Assembly (NCBI RefSeq): GCF_004010195.1 | Contig: NC_057750.1 | Coordinates: 11,383,122-11,447,121, forward strand | Origin: Chiloscyllium plagiosum | Lineage: Eukaryota | DNA length: 64,000 nucleotides | Reading direction: 5' to 3' | Shown here: positions 11,800 to 23,734 of the stretch, piece by piece | How positions within the stretch are numbered: position 1 is the stretch's first letter | Layout of the letters: every line of letters begins with the position of its first letter | Program-made: the position numbers and the translations under genes | The notes under the pieces: model-generated | What the model saw: only the letters and a program-made list of their open reading frames with translations | Databases searched by the model: none | Told to the model about the DNA's origin: nothing

Positions 11800-13200
11800 C
11801 AGTTTGTTGCTGGTGTAAAAATCATTGGTAAATATTCTGAGGGACAGTAAAATTGTCATTTAGAAAGGCGTAGATTAATCAGGGACAATTACTGTATGCT
11901 GAAGGAAGCATATGTCTAGTTAACTTGATCACATTTCTTTAAGAGATGATGGAGAATGCTAAAAGGATAATACACGTAATGTGATTTATTTTGGTTTGAG
12001 AAAGGTACTGCATGACAGACTGGGAAATTAAATACCTGTGAGATCCAAGAGCAAGTAGCCTGTTGGATCAGGATTAGAAGCAAATAATGTTTAACAAGCA
12101 TTCTTCTGACTGGGACTCTCACCAGTGGAGCTGGCCCTTTTCTTTTCACAATACATATCAATGATTTTGACATAAACGTAGACACATGCTTAAGAAATTG
12201 GATAATGATACAGTACTTACTTGTGTGAATGACAGTGAAGAAAACAAAACTGCAAACCACACGGAGATATCAATTGATGGTCATGAGCAGAAAATTGACA
12301 GACGATATTCAGTCTGGAGAAGTGTGAGGTCATGTATTTGGGGAAAACATAAATGGCAGAAAACAGAAAAGTGTTGAGGAACAGAAGGACCTTGGAGTGC
12401 TGAACCACATCCCTGAAGATAGCAGGACAGGTCGATAGATGATGAAGGTAATGTGCAGGACACTTTTCAGGGGTCACGATGTTATGTTAGAATTGTATAA
12501 AATGTTAGTTAGGCTATGTCTACAATACAGTACAGACCTTGTACAAGACAAAAAGAATGTGATTTCATTTAAGAGGGTGCAGAGGAGATTTATGAGGGTG
12601 GACTTGCCAGGAATGCGGTATTTTAGCTACGAGGAATGAATGGATAGGCTTTTTTGTAAGAATTGAGGAGGCTGAGGTGAGATTTTAAATGAGGATGTCT
12701 CTAATTATGAAATGCTTCCATTCAGTGTATAGGAAGAACCTATATCCATTCAGAGATCAAGACTAGGAAGAGTAGAAATATTTTTATTCATTCACTGGAT
12801 GAGGGCTAAGCCAGCTTTTATTGCTCATCTCAGACAGCAGTTAAGAGTCAATATTGTTGTGGGTCTGGAGCCACTTGTAGGCCAGACTAAGTAAAGATGG
12901 AAGATTTCCTTCCCTAAAGGACATTCGTGAACAAGGTAAGTTTTTCTTAGAAGTTTTAATATAGGACTTTAGAAATCTTTTAATTTAAAGGAGTGGTGGA
13001 TATCGAAACTCATTGATTGAAAGGATAACCGAGGCAGAAACCCTGGTTACATTTAAGGGATAATTGATATGCACTTGAAATAGAGTAAACCACACATCCC
13101 CAGACTATGTATTGGAAGACGGGATTTGATGAAACCAAGAGCTCTTTATTGACCAGCATAGATATGATCTGCCAAATAGCCTCCTTTGTGCTTTAGATTT
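11800..13200 (+). mobile_element. Highly degenerate CR1 LINE ORF2 and 3' UTR
   Basis: ORF 12439..12639 encodes VMLELYKMLVR..RVQRRFMR; upstream RT remnants. Confidence 0.7.
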
Positions 13201-13278
13201 TCTATATTTTTGTGTTTTGTTCAGTAATTGAGAGAAGTTTGAGGAACCTTTGGGTTACAATGCTCATTCACGGAATGG

Positions 13279-13455
13279 AGGAGAAAGTGAGGTCTGCAGA
13301 TGCTGGAGATCAAAGTTGAAACTTTATTGCTGGAACAGCACAGCAGGTCAGGCAGCATCCAGGGAACAGGAGATTCGCCTGTGCCCGAAACGTCGAATCT
13401 CCTGTTCCCTGGATGCTGCCTGACCTGCTGTGCTGTTCCAGCAATAAAGTTTCAA
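13279..13455. mobile_element. Fold-back mini-insertion derived from a Penelope-like terminal repeat, with 16-bp TSD
   Basis: Perfect 64-bp inverted arms at 13314-13377 and 13394-13457; direct repeat ctcattcacggaatgg at 13263-13278 and 13456-13471. Confidence 0.85.
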
Positions 13456-13869
13456 CTCATTCACGGAATGGTGTGAGTGATATTTGCAACCAATGGATAA
13501 GGGCAAAAGGAGTGAAGTGAGTTTCGACGATAAGATGCTATCAGAACCGAGCCCCTATAAAAAGTCAGTGTGATTTGAAAATTCTCCAAAATGAGAAATC
13601 TCTACTCAGATTGACTGGTTCAGAAATGGAGTAATAATACATGACGTTGTGACAGGATTACTCAACTGAAACTCCTTGAGTAATGCCAGTTAGCTAGTCG
13701 TTACAGTGCAGAATTTCAATGCAGCCTTGTCAAATAGTTTCCCTGCAATTTAACAGGTTTTCTGATCATTTCCTTGTAGCATCCCCAACTAGTGACCCTG
13801 TGAGCTTTCTATTCATGAACCATTCCTTTTGATTGGAAAATACAGAAGTAGCTTCACTACTCATTAAAG

Positions 13870-14460
13870 GTGAGAAGAGGAAAGCCAGAGTTATAGACCA
13901 GGAGCCTAATTGATATTGTAGGGAAATTATTGGAGCCAGTAATAAGAGATTGTGAACAAGTTGAACATTTTCATCTGATCAGAAAAAGTTACCATGGATT
14001 TGTAAAGAGTAAGTTATCCCTAATGAACTTGATTTTCTTTTGAAGAAGTGAATATAGTAGTGTACAAGGGAATCTTTATGGATGTTATTTATACAGTCTT
14101 CCAGAAGGCATTTGATAAAGTCTCCTGTGAAAGACTGCTGGTTAAATGGAGAACCCAGCTCTTTTTCTTCACTTTTTTTTTATTATCCAGAAGTTCATAG
14201 AATTCAACTGGTTTGGAAATTACCTGAGCAGCAGGTGACAGAGAGTTGGGATAAAGAGCAAGAACTCTAATTGGAAAGTTGTGACTGATTCCAGGAGGAC
14301 TTTATTCATTAGCAATAAGGAAAGAAGTAATATGACAGCTATAAAAGCTCTAGTTAGACCACACCCGGAGTACTGTGTTCAAAAGTAGGTACCACATCTG
14401 TAGGAGGATGTATTGGCCTTGAAGGGAGTGCAGTGTAGATTTACTGGAAATGATACTGGG
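13870..14460 (+). mobile_element. Degenerate CR1 LINE RT fragment
   Basis: Remnants of CR1 motifs (ttatagacc..agcct, catggatttgtaaag, ttccagaaggcatttgataa, gttagaccacacccggagtactgtg). Confidence 0.65.
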
Positions 14461-14767
14461 ACTCCATGTTTAATAGACTAATACCCAGAGATTAAATTGG
14501 GTAGCAAAGACTTCCAGAGATTTACAAGTGTTTTATAGTAAATCTGTAATTTAGCACAAACAACAGTTTCCTCTTTTCCCTGCCAGATCAACTCTACACT
14601 AATGATGAACCCCCCGGCTTTTTAAAAAAAAATCAATTTGTTCAGGTATGTTATGATACACTTCTGGAACAGGTGGGACCTGAACTTGGGCTTTCTACCC
14701 CTGAGGTAGGAACACCACTATTCTGCCACAAGAGTCCAGGTTGTACCTATGAAAAACGCACTACCAC

Positions 14768-15300
14768 AGAGTCACACAGCATGGAAACAGATCTTTCGGT
14801 CTAACTAGTCCATGCTGACCAAGTTCCCAAACTAAACTATTCCACTTGCTTGCATTTGGCTCATATCCCTCTTAGCCTTTTCTTATCATGTACATACCCG
14901 AATTGATATTGTAGGGAAATTATTGGAGCCAGTAATACCCAAATGTCTTTTAAATGTTGTAACTGTACTTGTATTCATGACTTCCTCTAGCAGTTCATTC
15001 CAAACACGAACCACTCTGTGTGAAAAAGTTGCCCCTCGCCCTTTCTAAAACTTTTTCCTCTCCCCTTAAAAATATGCCCATAGTTTCGGATTCCCCCAAA
15101 GCCAAAGGAAAAGACCCTTGCTATTTACCTTAACTATGTCCCTCATGATTTTATAAACCTCTACGATCGCCCCTCAATCTCCTACACTCCAGTGTAAAAA
15201 ATGCCCAGCCTATTTTTGTAACTCAAACCTTCCATTCGTTGTAAATCTTTTCTGAACCCTCTCTAACTTAATAATACCCTTATTATAGCAGGGCAACCAA
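14768..15300 (-). mobile_element. CR1 (HER1-like) LINE 3' end
   Basis: Reverse complement of the CR1 3' tail seen at about 26400-26760. Confidence 0.8.
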
Positions 15301-15714
15301 ATCAACAGTTTGACAAACTACAAATTGGAACAAATGATAAGAACTGCCCATTGGGCCAGTGTAAGAACCCAACTCTTGATGGTTTCTAATCAACCTGTTC
15401 AGAATTGGTACGACATGCCTCTGGAGAAGTTGGGTCTTGAAGATGGGTCTGCTCCAGCGTTCAATGCTGCTCTTAACCAACTCAGGAGCTGGTTTGATTG
15501 ATCCTTAAAGGAATCTGCATTTTGAACATTGACACTCCAAGGGTTAAACTTTCTGGGAAGATTATGTAAATTAGGTTTTAATTCCTAATCAAGAATGTTA
15601 AGGGATTACGTCGGACATATGTCATAGACATCTCAACTGGCTCAACCAGTCCACATGGTATTTATACTCCAGCATTAGTCTTCCTTTTCTCACCCATCTC
15701 TGTCAAGATTGTAA

Positions 15715-16270
15715 AAACTGAAAGAACTGCAGATGCTGGAAATCAGAAATAAAAACAGAAATTGTTGCAAAAACTCAGGCCAGGCAGCATCCGTAGAGAG
15801 AAATCAAAGTTAACATTTCAGGTTCAGCGACCCTTCCTCAGAATTGATGGTAGCTTGGAAAAAATTAATTTTTTTTATGCAGAAGATAGGGTGGGGGGAG
15901 GGGATAAGAAGTAAATGATGGATAGAGGTATAGCGCAAAGAGAGAGAGAAAAGAACAGTTGGACAGAAAAAGGAGTGGAAAAAGATCGGCCTGGGAGAAT
16001 AAATAGCTACTAATGGGGATGTATAATAGCAGACCATGTGATAACAAACCTTGTGTGTGTGGTGATGGTAGGGTAAGGACATGGAACAAGGTGCCTCAAG
16101 TCCTAAAATTGTTGAACTCGATACTGAGTCCAGAAGGCTGTAGAGTTCCCAAGCAGAAAATTTGGTGTTCTTCCAGCTTGCACGGAGCTTTGCAGAAGCA
16201 CTGCAGCAAGCCTGAGATAGGGATGGTGGCCAGGGAATGAGGTGGTGTGTTGAAGTGGTAGGCAACATTA
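15715..16270 (-). mobile_element. Penelope-like element 3' fragment (endonuclease C-terminus plus terminal repeat)
   Basis: ORF 16096..16308 ends KLEEHQIFCLGTLQPSGLSIEFNNF, typical of the PLE GIY-YIG C-terminus; degenerate hammerhead core CTGAGGA-AGGGTC GCTG AACCT-GAAA on the minus strand at about 15812-15842. Confidence 0.75.
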
Positions 16271-16736
16271 TGTCTGTCAACGTTATGTTTTATTCCCTTC
16301 TCCCTCATCTGCTTGTCTTGGTACGTAGGTAGAGATTACTTTCAGGGGTTTGATATCTAGGATCAGTGAACATGGAACTTGGCTTCTCAGAAGGAGCAAA
16401 ATCAGAAAACATTTCTACATGCAAAGGTGAGAGAAACTTGGAAGTCTCTTCCACACATGCCAGTTAATGCAAGGCAAATTGTTAATACAAAAACTGAGAT
16501 TGAGAGGTTTTTGTTCACTGAAAGTATGAAAGATTATGGTACAAAGTAGGTATTTGGAGTAAGATTGCAGATCAACTATAGTCTCACTGACTGATAGAAT
16601 AGGCTGGGGATAAATGACATCTTCGTGTTCCTATATTCTTGCAAATTACTCTGTTCTCATGCCCATCACTCCAAGAATAAAATACTGAAAAAGGAGAGGG
16701 TGGAGTTGAGGGATACAGTAGATTAGAGAGAGAGAG

Positions 16737-17330
16737 AGTAGCTCTTTATTTATCATTTCCACCATATACAACTGCTACAGTAAAAACGAGACAGCGTTCC
16801 TCCAGGACTGAGGGTGCTACATGAACAGCACTAACTACACCATCGTACACGGCATAAAGCGCATAAGAAGTGCAAGACTTGCAAGTTACAGTGTAATAGA
16901 AGAATGATAAATAATAGACATATTTCTAGCAGCAATTCAAAGTCATGCAAAGAATTTCAGATGGGAAAGAGTCTGATTATACTGTGTTTAGGAGCCTGAC
17001 AGCTTGGGGGATGAGACTATTGCACAGTCTGGACGTGAGAGACCGTATGCTCTGGTATCTTCTGCCAGATGGCAGGAGGGAGAAGAGTTTGGGTGAATGG
17101 TGTGTGGGGTCTTCCACAGTGCTCTTAGCCTTTCGGATGCAGCGTGTGGTGTAAATGTCTGTAATGGAGGTAAGTGAGAGCCCAATGATCTTCTCAGGTG
17201 TCCTCACTATCCGTTGTAGGTTCTTAGTGATCCGAGACAGTGCAATTCCTGAACCAGGCAGAGATGCAGCAGCTCAGTATACTGTCAATAAACCCTGTGT
17301 AGAATGTGGTGAGGATCGGGGAGGAATGTT
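16737..17330 (-). mobile_element. Rex1/Babar-type LINE 3' end
   Basis: ORF 16977..17207 (EDPTHHSPKLFSLLPSGRRYQSIRSLTSRLCNSLIPQAVRLLN); adjacent (AG)n tract as tail. Confidence 0.8.
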
Positions 17331-18559
17331 CATGGACTTAAGGGGTATGCAGAGAAGGTGGGTTAAATGATGTTTGGGGATAGCGAGAAAGTGGGTGGTT
17401 GGAGGGGAGAGGTGTAAGTTTAACGGATTATTTTCTTTGTTGAACCTTTCTTTTTCCTGAAAATTGTTAAATTGATTTTCAAATGTATATCTATACCACT
17501 GAAATTGCTAGCATTCTTTTTGAATTGTAGCTCCTGTCAGTAGGAATATCAATTTCCTTACATTAACCATCTTCTCTGGCACAGATGGGATACTCTTAGC
17601 TGGCGCTCTGCAATTAGTGTTGTGGTTTTCTCTCGGTCAATCACTGTTGTTTTGTCAGATTGGAAGTGCTGCTCTAGTTGCAGCCCATGCATTGCACTTG
17701 TGCACCTCATGAACAGGAAGTGTTATTTGCATAAAACCAGCAGAGAGGATAGTGCAAGTTTGCTATGCCCAAAACACAGCATTATTATTTGGCATAAAGC
17801 TTCACTGTGAAACCAATCAGTATCTCATCAAAGTCAGAACCCCAATTTAATGCCAGACAAGCCCTGAATTTTCATGTACAGTCTCACTCCCACTGAGACA
17901 AGTCGAACAGTTCGCTACTGCATGCACATGCAAGTGGATCATCAGCAGAATTGTAATCCTCTGTGATCTGTAACTTCATGGCTTGTGTAACCCTCACTCC
18001 ACCATGACCACCGAGCAGGTGGTCAGCCCTGATTCAATGAGGCATGTAAGAGAGTATGTATGACACATCTAAATAAAATAAATATCCATCTGGTGAAGCT
18101 AAATAGAAACTGACTGAGCTAAGTGATCCTTTAACCAGCCCTGCCACATCCAATATTGCATAATAGTTGATGCTCAAACAATTAAGAGAAGAAAACATAG
18201 AGGTACTGTAATACTGTAATGGTAATGTCACTGGACTAGTAATACAGAGGCCCAGGCGAATCGTTCAAGTCCCACCATGGCAGCTGGTGGAATTTAAATT
18301 CCATCCACAAATCTGGAATTTATATCTCATCTCAGTGATGGTAACCAGGAAACTAACATTGATTCTTGTTAAAACCCTTCTTGTTCATAAATGTCTTTAG
18401 GGAAGGAAATCTAATATATCTACCTTATCTAATCTATATGTGCCTCCAAACCCATAGCAATGTTGTTAACTATTAAATTAACACTGAAATTGTCCAGCAA
18501 GCCACTGGGTTCTTGGGTAACCCATCAAAGTATTTTAAAAATTCTCAACAATGAGGGAG

Positions 18560-20190
18560 CCCAGTATGTGAGTGCAAAACATAAGGCTGAAGTGTCAACA
18601 ATCATCTTGGACAGAAATGTTAATCGGATGGTCCAGCTCAACATCCTATGAGGTCACCTGCATCACAGATGTAAAAGTCTTTCGTGAATTCATTTCAAGT
18701 CCTCTTCAGTTTCTGGTTAATAGTAACTCCCAGGATGTTGATAGTAGGGTATTCAGTGATGACAGTGCCATTGAATATCAAAGGGTGATGATTAGATTCT
18801 GTCTTATTGGAAGTGGTCATTGCTTGGCACTTGTATGACATGGATATTGTTTGCTACTTGTCAGCTGAAATCTGGATATTATGTAGGTATTGCTGAATTT
18901 GTATATGAACTGCTTCAGTATCTGAGGAGTCATGAATGGTGTTGAACATTGTTTGCTGAAGGTTGCATATTATCACTCTGACCTTATGATGGAGTGAAAG
19001 TCTTTGATGAAGCAGCAGAAGATAGTTGGGCCTAGGACATTATTCTGAAGAACTCCTGCATAGATGTCCTGGATCTAAGATGACTGAACTCCAACAACAA
19101 CAGCCATCTTTCATGTGTTAGGTATGACTCCAGCCAGCAAATAATTTTCCTCCTGATTCCAACTGAAGCTAATTTTGCTGAGGATCCTTGATGCCACACC
19201 CAGTCAAATATAGCATTGATGTCAAGGGCAGTCATTATTATCACACCTCTGGAATTCAACTCTTTTGTCCACTTGAGCCAAGGCTGCAATATGGATTGAA
19301 TTGCATAATGGAATACTGTGATGCTGGAGATCTGTGGAGGAGGCTAAGATAGATCATCCAATTGGTACTTTTGGCTGAAGACTGTTGTAAATATGTCAGT
19401 CTTATCTTTTGCACCAATATGCTCGGCTCCACCAATATTTAGAATGGGGATATTTGCAGAACCTACTCCTCTAGTGAATTGTTTAATTGTTTACTGCTAT
19501 TCACAACTGAATGTGGGAGGACTGCAGGGCTTAGATCTGATCCGTTGGTTGTGAAATTGCTTAACCCTGTCTATCACTTCTGCTTGGCATGGGAATAGTC
19601 TTGTTTTGTAGCTTCACCAGATTGATACCTCATTTTTAGGTATGCCTGATGCTGTTCCTACCATGCCTTTTTGTATTCTTCATTGAACTAGCTTGATAGT
19701 CATGGTAGCATGGAGGAATATGCAAGGTTAGGAGGTTGAAGATTATTTTAGAGTAGAGTTCTGCTATGCTGATGGCCCACAGCCCCTAATGGATGCCCAG
19801 TCTTGAGTTGCTAGATCTGTTCAAAACAGTAGTAATGCACACAAGGGGGAGGATAATCTCAATGTGAAGACTAGGCTTCATCTCCATAAAGACAGTGCAG
19901 TAGTCAGTCTTACCGATGCTGTCATGAACAGATACATTATGTGAGTTGTGTCTTTTAACACTGGCCAGCTCAGTCATTAATGATGCTGCAAAGCCACTCT
20001 TGATGGACATTGAACTCAGTCATTTAAAACATATGATGTACTCTTGTCACTCTCAGTGCCTCCTCTGAATGGTTTTCAGCATGATACCTCGGCCAAAGGG
20101 AGCAGTTCATGGTTATTAGCTGGAGGTTTCCTTGCGCATCTTTGACCACAGTATCAATATTGAGGACTCCAGGGGCAACTTCCTCCCTAA
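18560..20190 (-). mobile_element. Degenerate CR1/L2-group LINE ORF2 segment
   Basis: ORF 19032..19289 ALDINAIFDWVWHQG..KLASVGIR resembles the RT LD.K.AFD.VWH motif; same family as 30535-31478. Confidence 0.7.
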
Positions 20191-20829
20191 CGTCACAGTG
20201 GAAAATTACAGCAGGCAAAGAACTGAAAGGTCGGAGTGGGAGCACGGTGGAGAATTAAACTGTGAGGGACAGGAAGCCAGGTATCATGCTTGCAAACTCA
20301 ATGATAGTGTTTTGTGAAGTGGTGACAAATTTGGTTTGGGTCTTTGGGCCTTTCCCCATTTCTATGAGTTCCTCTTTCTTAAAAGAACAACCAATAAAGT
20401 AAGCACACATCTCAAACAGACTGACAGTGTAGTCCAGAATTAGACTTTGCTCTGATGTATTTCTCTACACTAGAACATGGATAACACTTCATAAGGTTAA
20501 TAGGCCGTGAAGCAATACACTAAAAACATATAAAGTGCTTCAGATATTTATTTTTCTTTTGCTTTTATTTTTCCAAGTCCTGAATCAGAAGATTGTGGCT
20601 TCAATTCCTATTCCAGAACTCATAAATCTATGGTGACACTTCAAATACAGTATTGACGTTGTGCTGTCTTTTAGATGAGTTGGTAAAAGGATAGAACATA
20701 AAGGGACAGCAATAAAAAAAACTCTGATAAAATCTGGAATACTACGTACAATTCTGGGCACCACACCGAAGAAAAAGTATATTTGGAAGGTGATAGGGAA
20801 GATCCACAACCAGATCATTGAAACCGAAA

Positions 20830-22105
20830 AAAAAGGAGTAGGAGTAGGCTATTAAATATGATCATACCATGTTCCCACTTTAGCCTCATACCTTTTGATC
20901 CTTTTCGTTCTAAAAACTATATCCTCCTTGAGAGCATTCAATGTTTTGACCTCAACCCCTTTCTATGGTAGAAGATTCCACAAGCTCATCACTCTCTGGG
21001 TGAAGAAATTTCCCCTTATCTCAGACCTAAAAATATCTAACTCATATCGTTAGGCTATGACTTCTGGTTCTTGACTCCCTAGTCATCAGAAACAGCCTTC
21101 CTGCATTTATCATGTTCAGTCCTGTTCGAATTTTATAGGTTTCTATGAAAATCCAACTTCATTCTTCTAAACTCCAGTGAAAATAGCCCTAACTGATCCA
21201 GTCTTTCCTCATACATCAGTCCTGCCATCCCAGGAATCAGTCTGGTATACCTTTGTTGCACTCCTTCCATAGCCAGAACATCCTTCCTTGGATAAAGAGA
21301 CCAAAATTGCTCACAGTGCTCCAGGTATGGCCTCACCAAGGCCCTGTACAATTGCAGCAAGATATCCTAATCCAGCATTCCAATCTTCTTGCAATGAAGG
21401 CCAACATAACATTCTTCAATGCCTGCTCCACTTGCATGCTTACTTCCAATGACTGGTGTTCTAGGATACCAAGTTTCTTTGCACCTCTCACTTTCCCAAT
21501 CTATTGCTATTCAGATAATAATCTGCCTTCCTGTTTTGCTACCAAAGTAGATAATCTCACATTATTCACATTATATATCAACAGGCATGCATTTCACCAT
21601 TCACTCAATTTGTCCAAATCACAATGAAGCATCTCTGCATCCTCCTCACTGTTTACCCTCCCACTCAGCTTTGTGTCATCTGCAAACTTGGAGATATTAC
21701 ATTTAGTTTCCTCATTAAATCATGAATACATATTGTGAATAGCTGGTTCCAAGCACTCATCTCTGCAGTACTGGCTGCTACTTGTTTATTCCTACTCTTT
21801 GTTTCTTGTCTGTAGTTCTCCACCCAGTTCTCTATCCATGTCAGTACACTGCCTTCAATCCCATGTGATTTAATTACATGTTAATTTCTTATGTGGCACC
21901 TTATCGAAAGCCCTCTGAAAGTCCAAGCAAACCACCTTGACTGGTTTCTGATATCAACTCTACCAGTTACATCCTTGGAAAATTCAAGTAGATGTATAAA
22001 ACATGGTTTCCCTTTCATAAATCCTTGCTGACTTTGCCCAATCCTGTTATTGTTTAGCAAGTGCTCTGCTAATAAATCTTTTATAATGGACTCCATGTCT
22101 CCATT
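20830..22105 (-). mobile_element. CR1 LINE (RT C-terminus and 3' UTR)
   Basis: ORFs 21133..21360 (LYRALVRPYLEHCEQFWS..VQQRYTRLIPG) and 21881..22129 (QSQQGFMKGKPCFIHLLEF). Confidence 0.85.
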
Positions 22106-23624
22106 GGTTGGATTATGAGGAGAGACCACATAAACTAGGTTTGTATTCCCTGCAGCATAGGAGGTTCAGGAGTGAGTGATTTAATGAGACTTTTGTTATG
22201 AACTGAGTTACGGGACAAATCAGATTCCTGAATGAAATCTGGCTTGATCGATTTTTGTTTTGTTTCGTTCGTTAATGTAGTGGTTTGTCACTGAGACATT
22301 GTTACATAAGGCTGTAATTTTTAAACAACTGAACATAAGTTGATTACACAAAAGAAAAACAATAGATTAAGCCATCTAAATATATACAACAAAATGATCT
22401 CCAAAACACACAGCACACACAATTTTGACCTGTTTCCCAACACTGGACTCAAGTCATCTCAGCTCCTTGGGATTCTACCTAACTGCCTCCTGACAGTTTC
22501 CTTAACTTGGACTGTGGAGACAATTCAATGAGTCATTTCCAAATTGGCTGACATGAACTTTTCACAAATCTGATAGCCCAAACATTGTCAGTTTTAATAA
22601 CCCTCCAGGATTCTAATCAAAATACCACGAGTGTATCCGCCTCAATGTACTGCCCAACAATCTTATTTCAACCATTACCAAAGAAAGCATTGCTGATCAG
22701 TATTGCATTGGTATTTGAGAGATTGTATTGTATACAAATGCCATGGTTTCCAACATTACAACAATTAATATGTTTTGAAGGTACATATTTGGTTGTAAGA
22801 TGTGTTCGGACGTCCTGTGGTTTTGGAAGGTGCTATGAAAATGTGACATCTTGCTTCCTGTCCTGAGTTAGCTAAGCAGCTCATTATGATATGTTGGGGA
22901 CTCTACTGACCAGTTGCTCTGTTGTTTAACACTGATGACCACAACTGATGACAATGATCCCATCATGACATATTGCTGTCAACAATGCTGGTTCCTGTTA
23001 TGAACTGGTTCAGAATGTAACTTCCTGTTTACTTGTTTATTGTTGTAATGGAAGCTTGTTGTTGTAAGAGAGCTATTAGCAACTGTTCCACTGCTGCAGT
23101 TTGTACTGAGTGGGTTGATGTCTGAGTTGTAGTGAGGGGGCTGGATTGCTAGACTATTAACCAACATCTATTAAAAGGAGAAAGGGTTTGAAATCATTGG
23201 CGTACCCCAAAAGTGCATCAGATTAAAACTCAATGTTTTCACTGTCGTTAACATTGTTAAAAGTTCATTCCTGACCTCATATCCGCAATGCGGTCAGTGT
23301 ACAGACTGGAACCATCTCCAGTCTGGTGCACTGACAGCCTCCAGATGACATACAGTCCAGGCGAAGAGTGTGGTTGAGCTGGTACCTATGAATGTACCTT
23401 TATGGGATCAGCCTCGAGGGATCCATTTGTCATCCTGTGCTTTGAAAACTGCCTGCAACATGCATGGCATACACTGTGGACAGCCACCACTAAAATTACA
23501 CTACCTGGTGGATCTCTCCTCAGGCATGTGGAAATGCAGTGGACCAAATGCTGGTTCAAAGGCAGCATCCTGGCAATGCTAGGTTGCCATAACTATAATA
23601 ACTGATTAAGGGTTTCTGCCCAAA

Positions 23625-23731
23625 AAATTGATTTTTCCTGCTCCTCGGATGCTGCCTGACCTGCTGTGCTTTTCCAGCACCACTCTAATCTTGATTCTGA
23701 TCTCCAGCATCTGCAATCCTCACTTTCGCCT
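23625..23731 (+). mobile_element. Truncated Penelope-like terminal repeat fragment
   Basis: Same sequence as the arm and tail of the fold-back insertions (ggatgctgcctgacctgctg...ctccagcatctgca..cctcactttc). Confidence 0.7.
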
Positions 23732-23734
23732 AGA

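Noticed and set aside
13314..13457. Hairpins as microRNA precursors or terminators
   Set aside because: Arms are multi-copy transposon sequence with TSDs; perfect long stems are explained by inversion at insertion, and there is no expression evidence.
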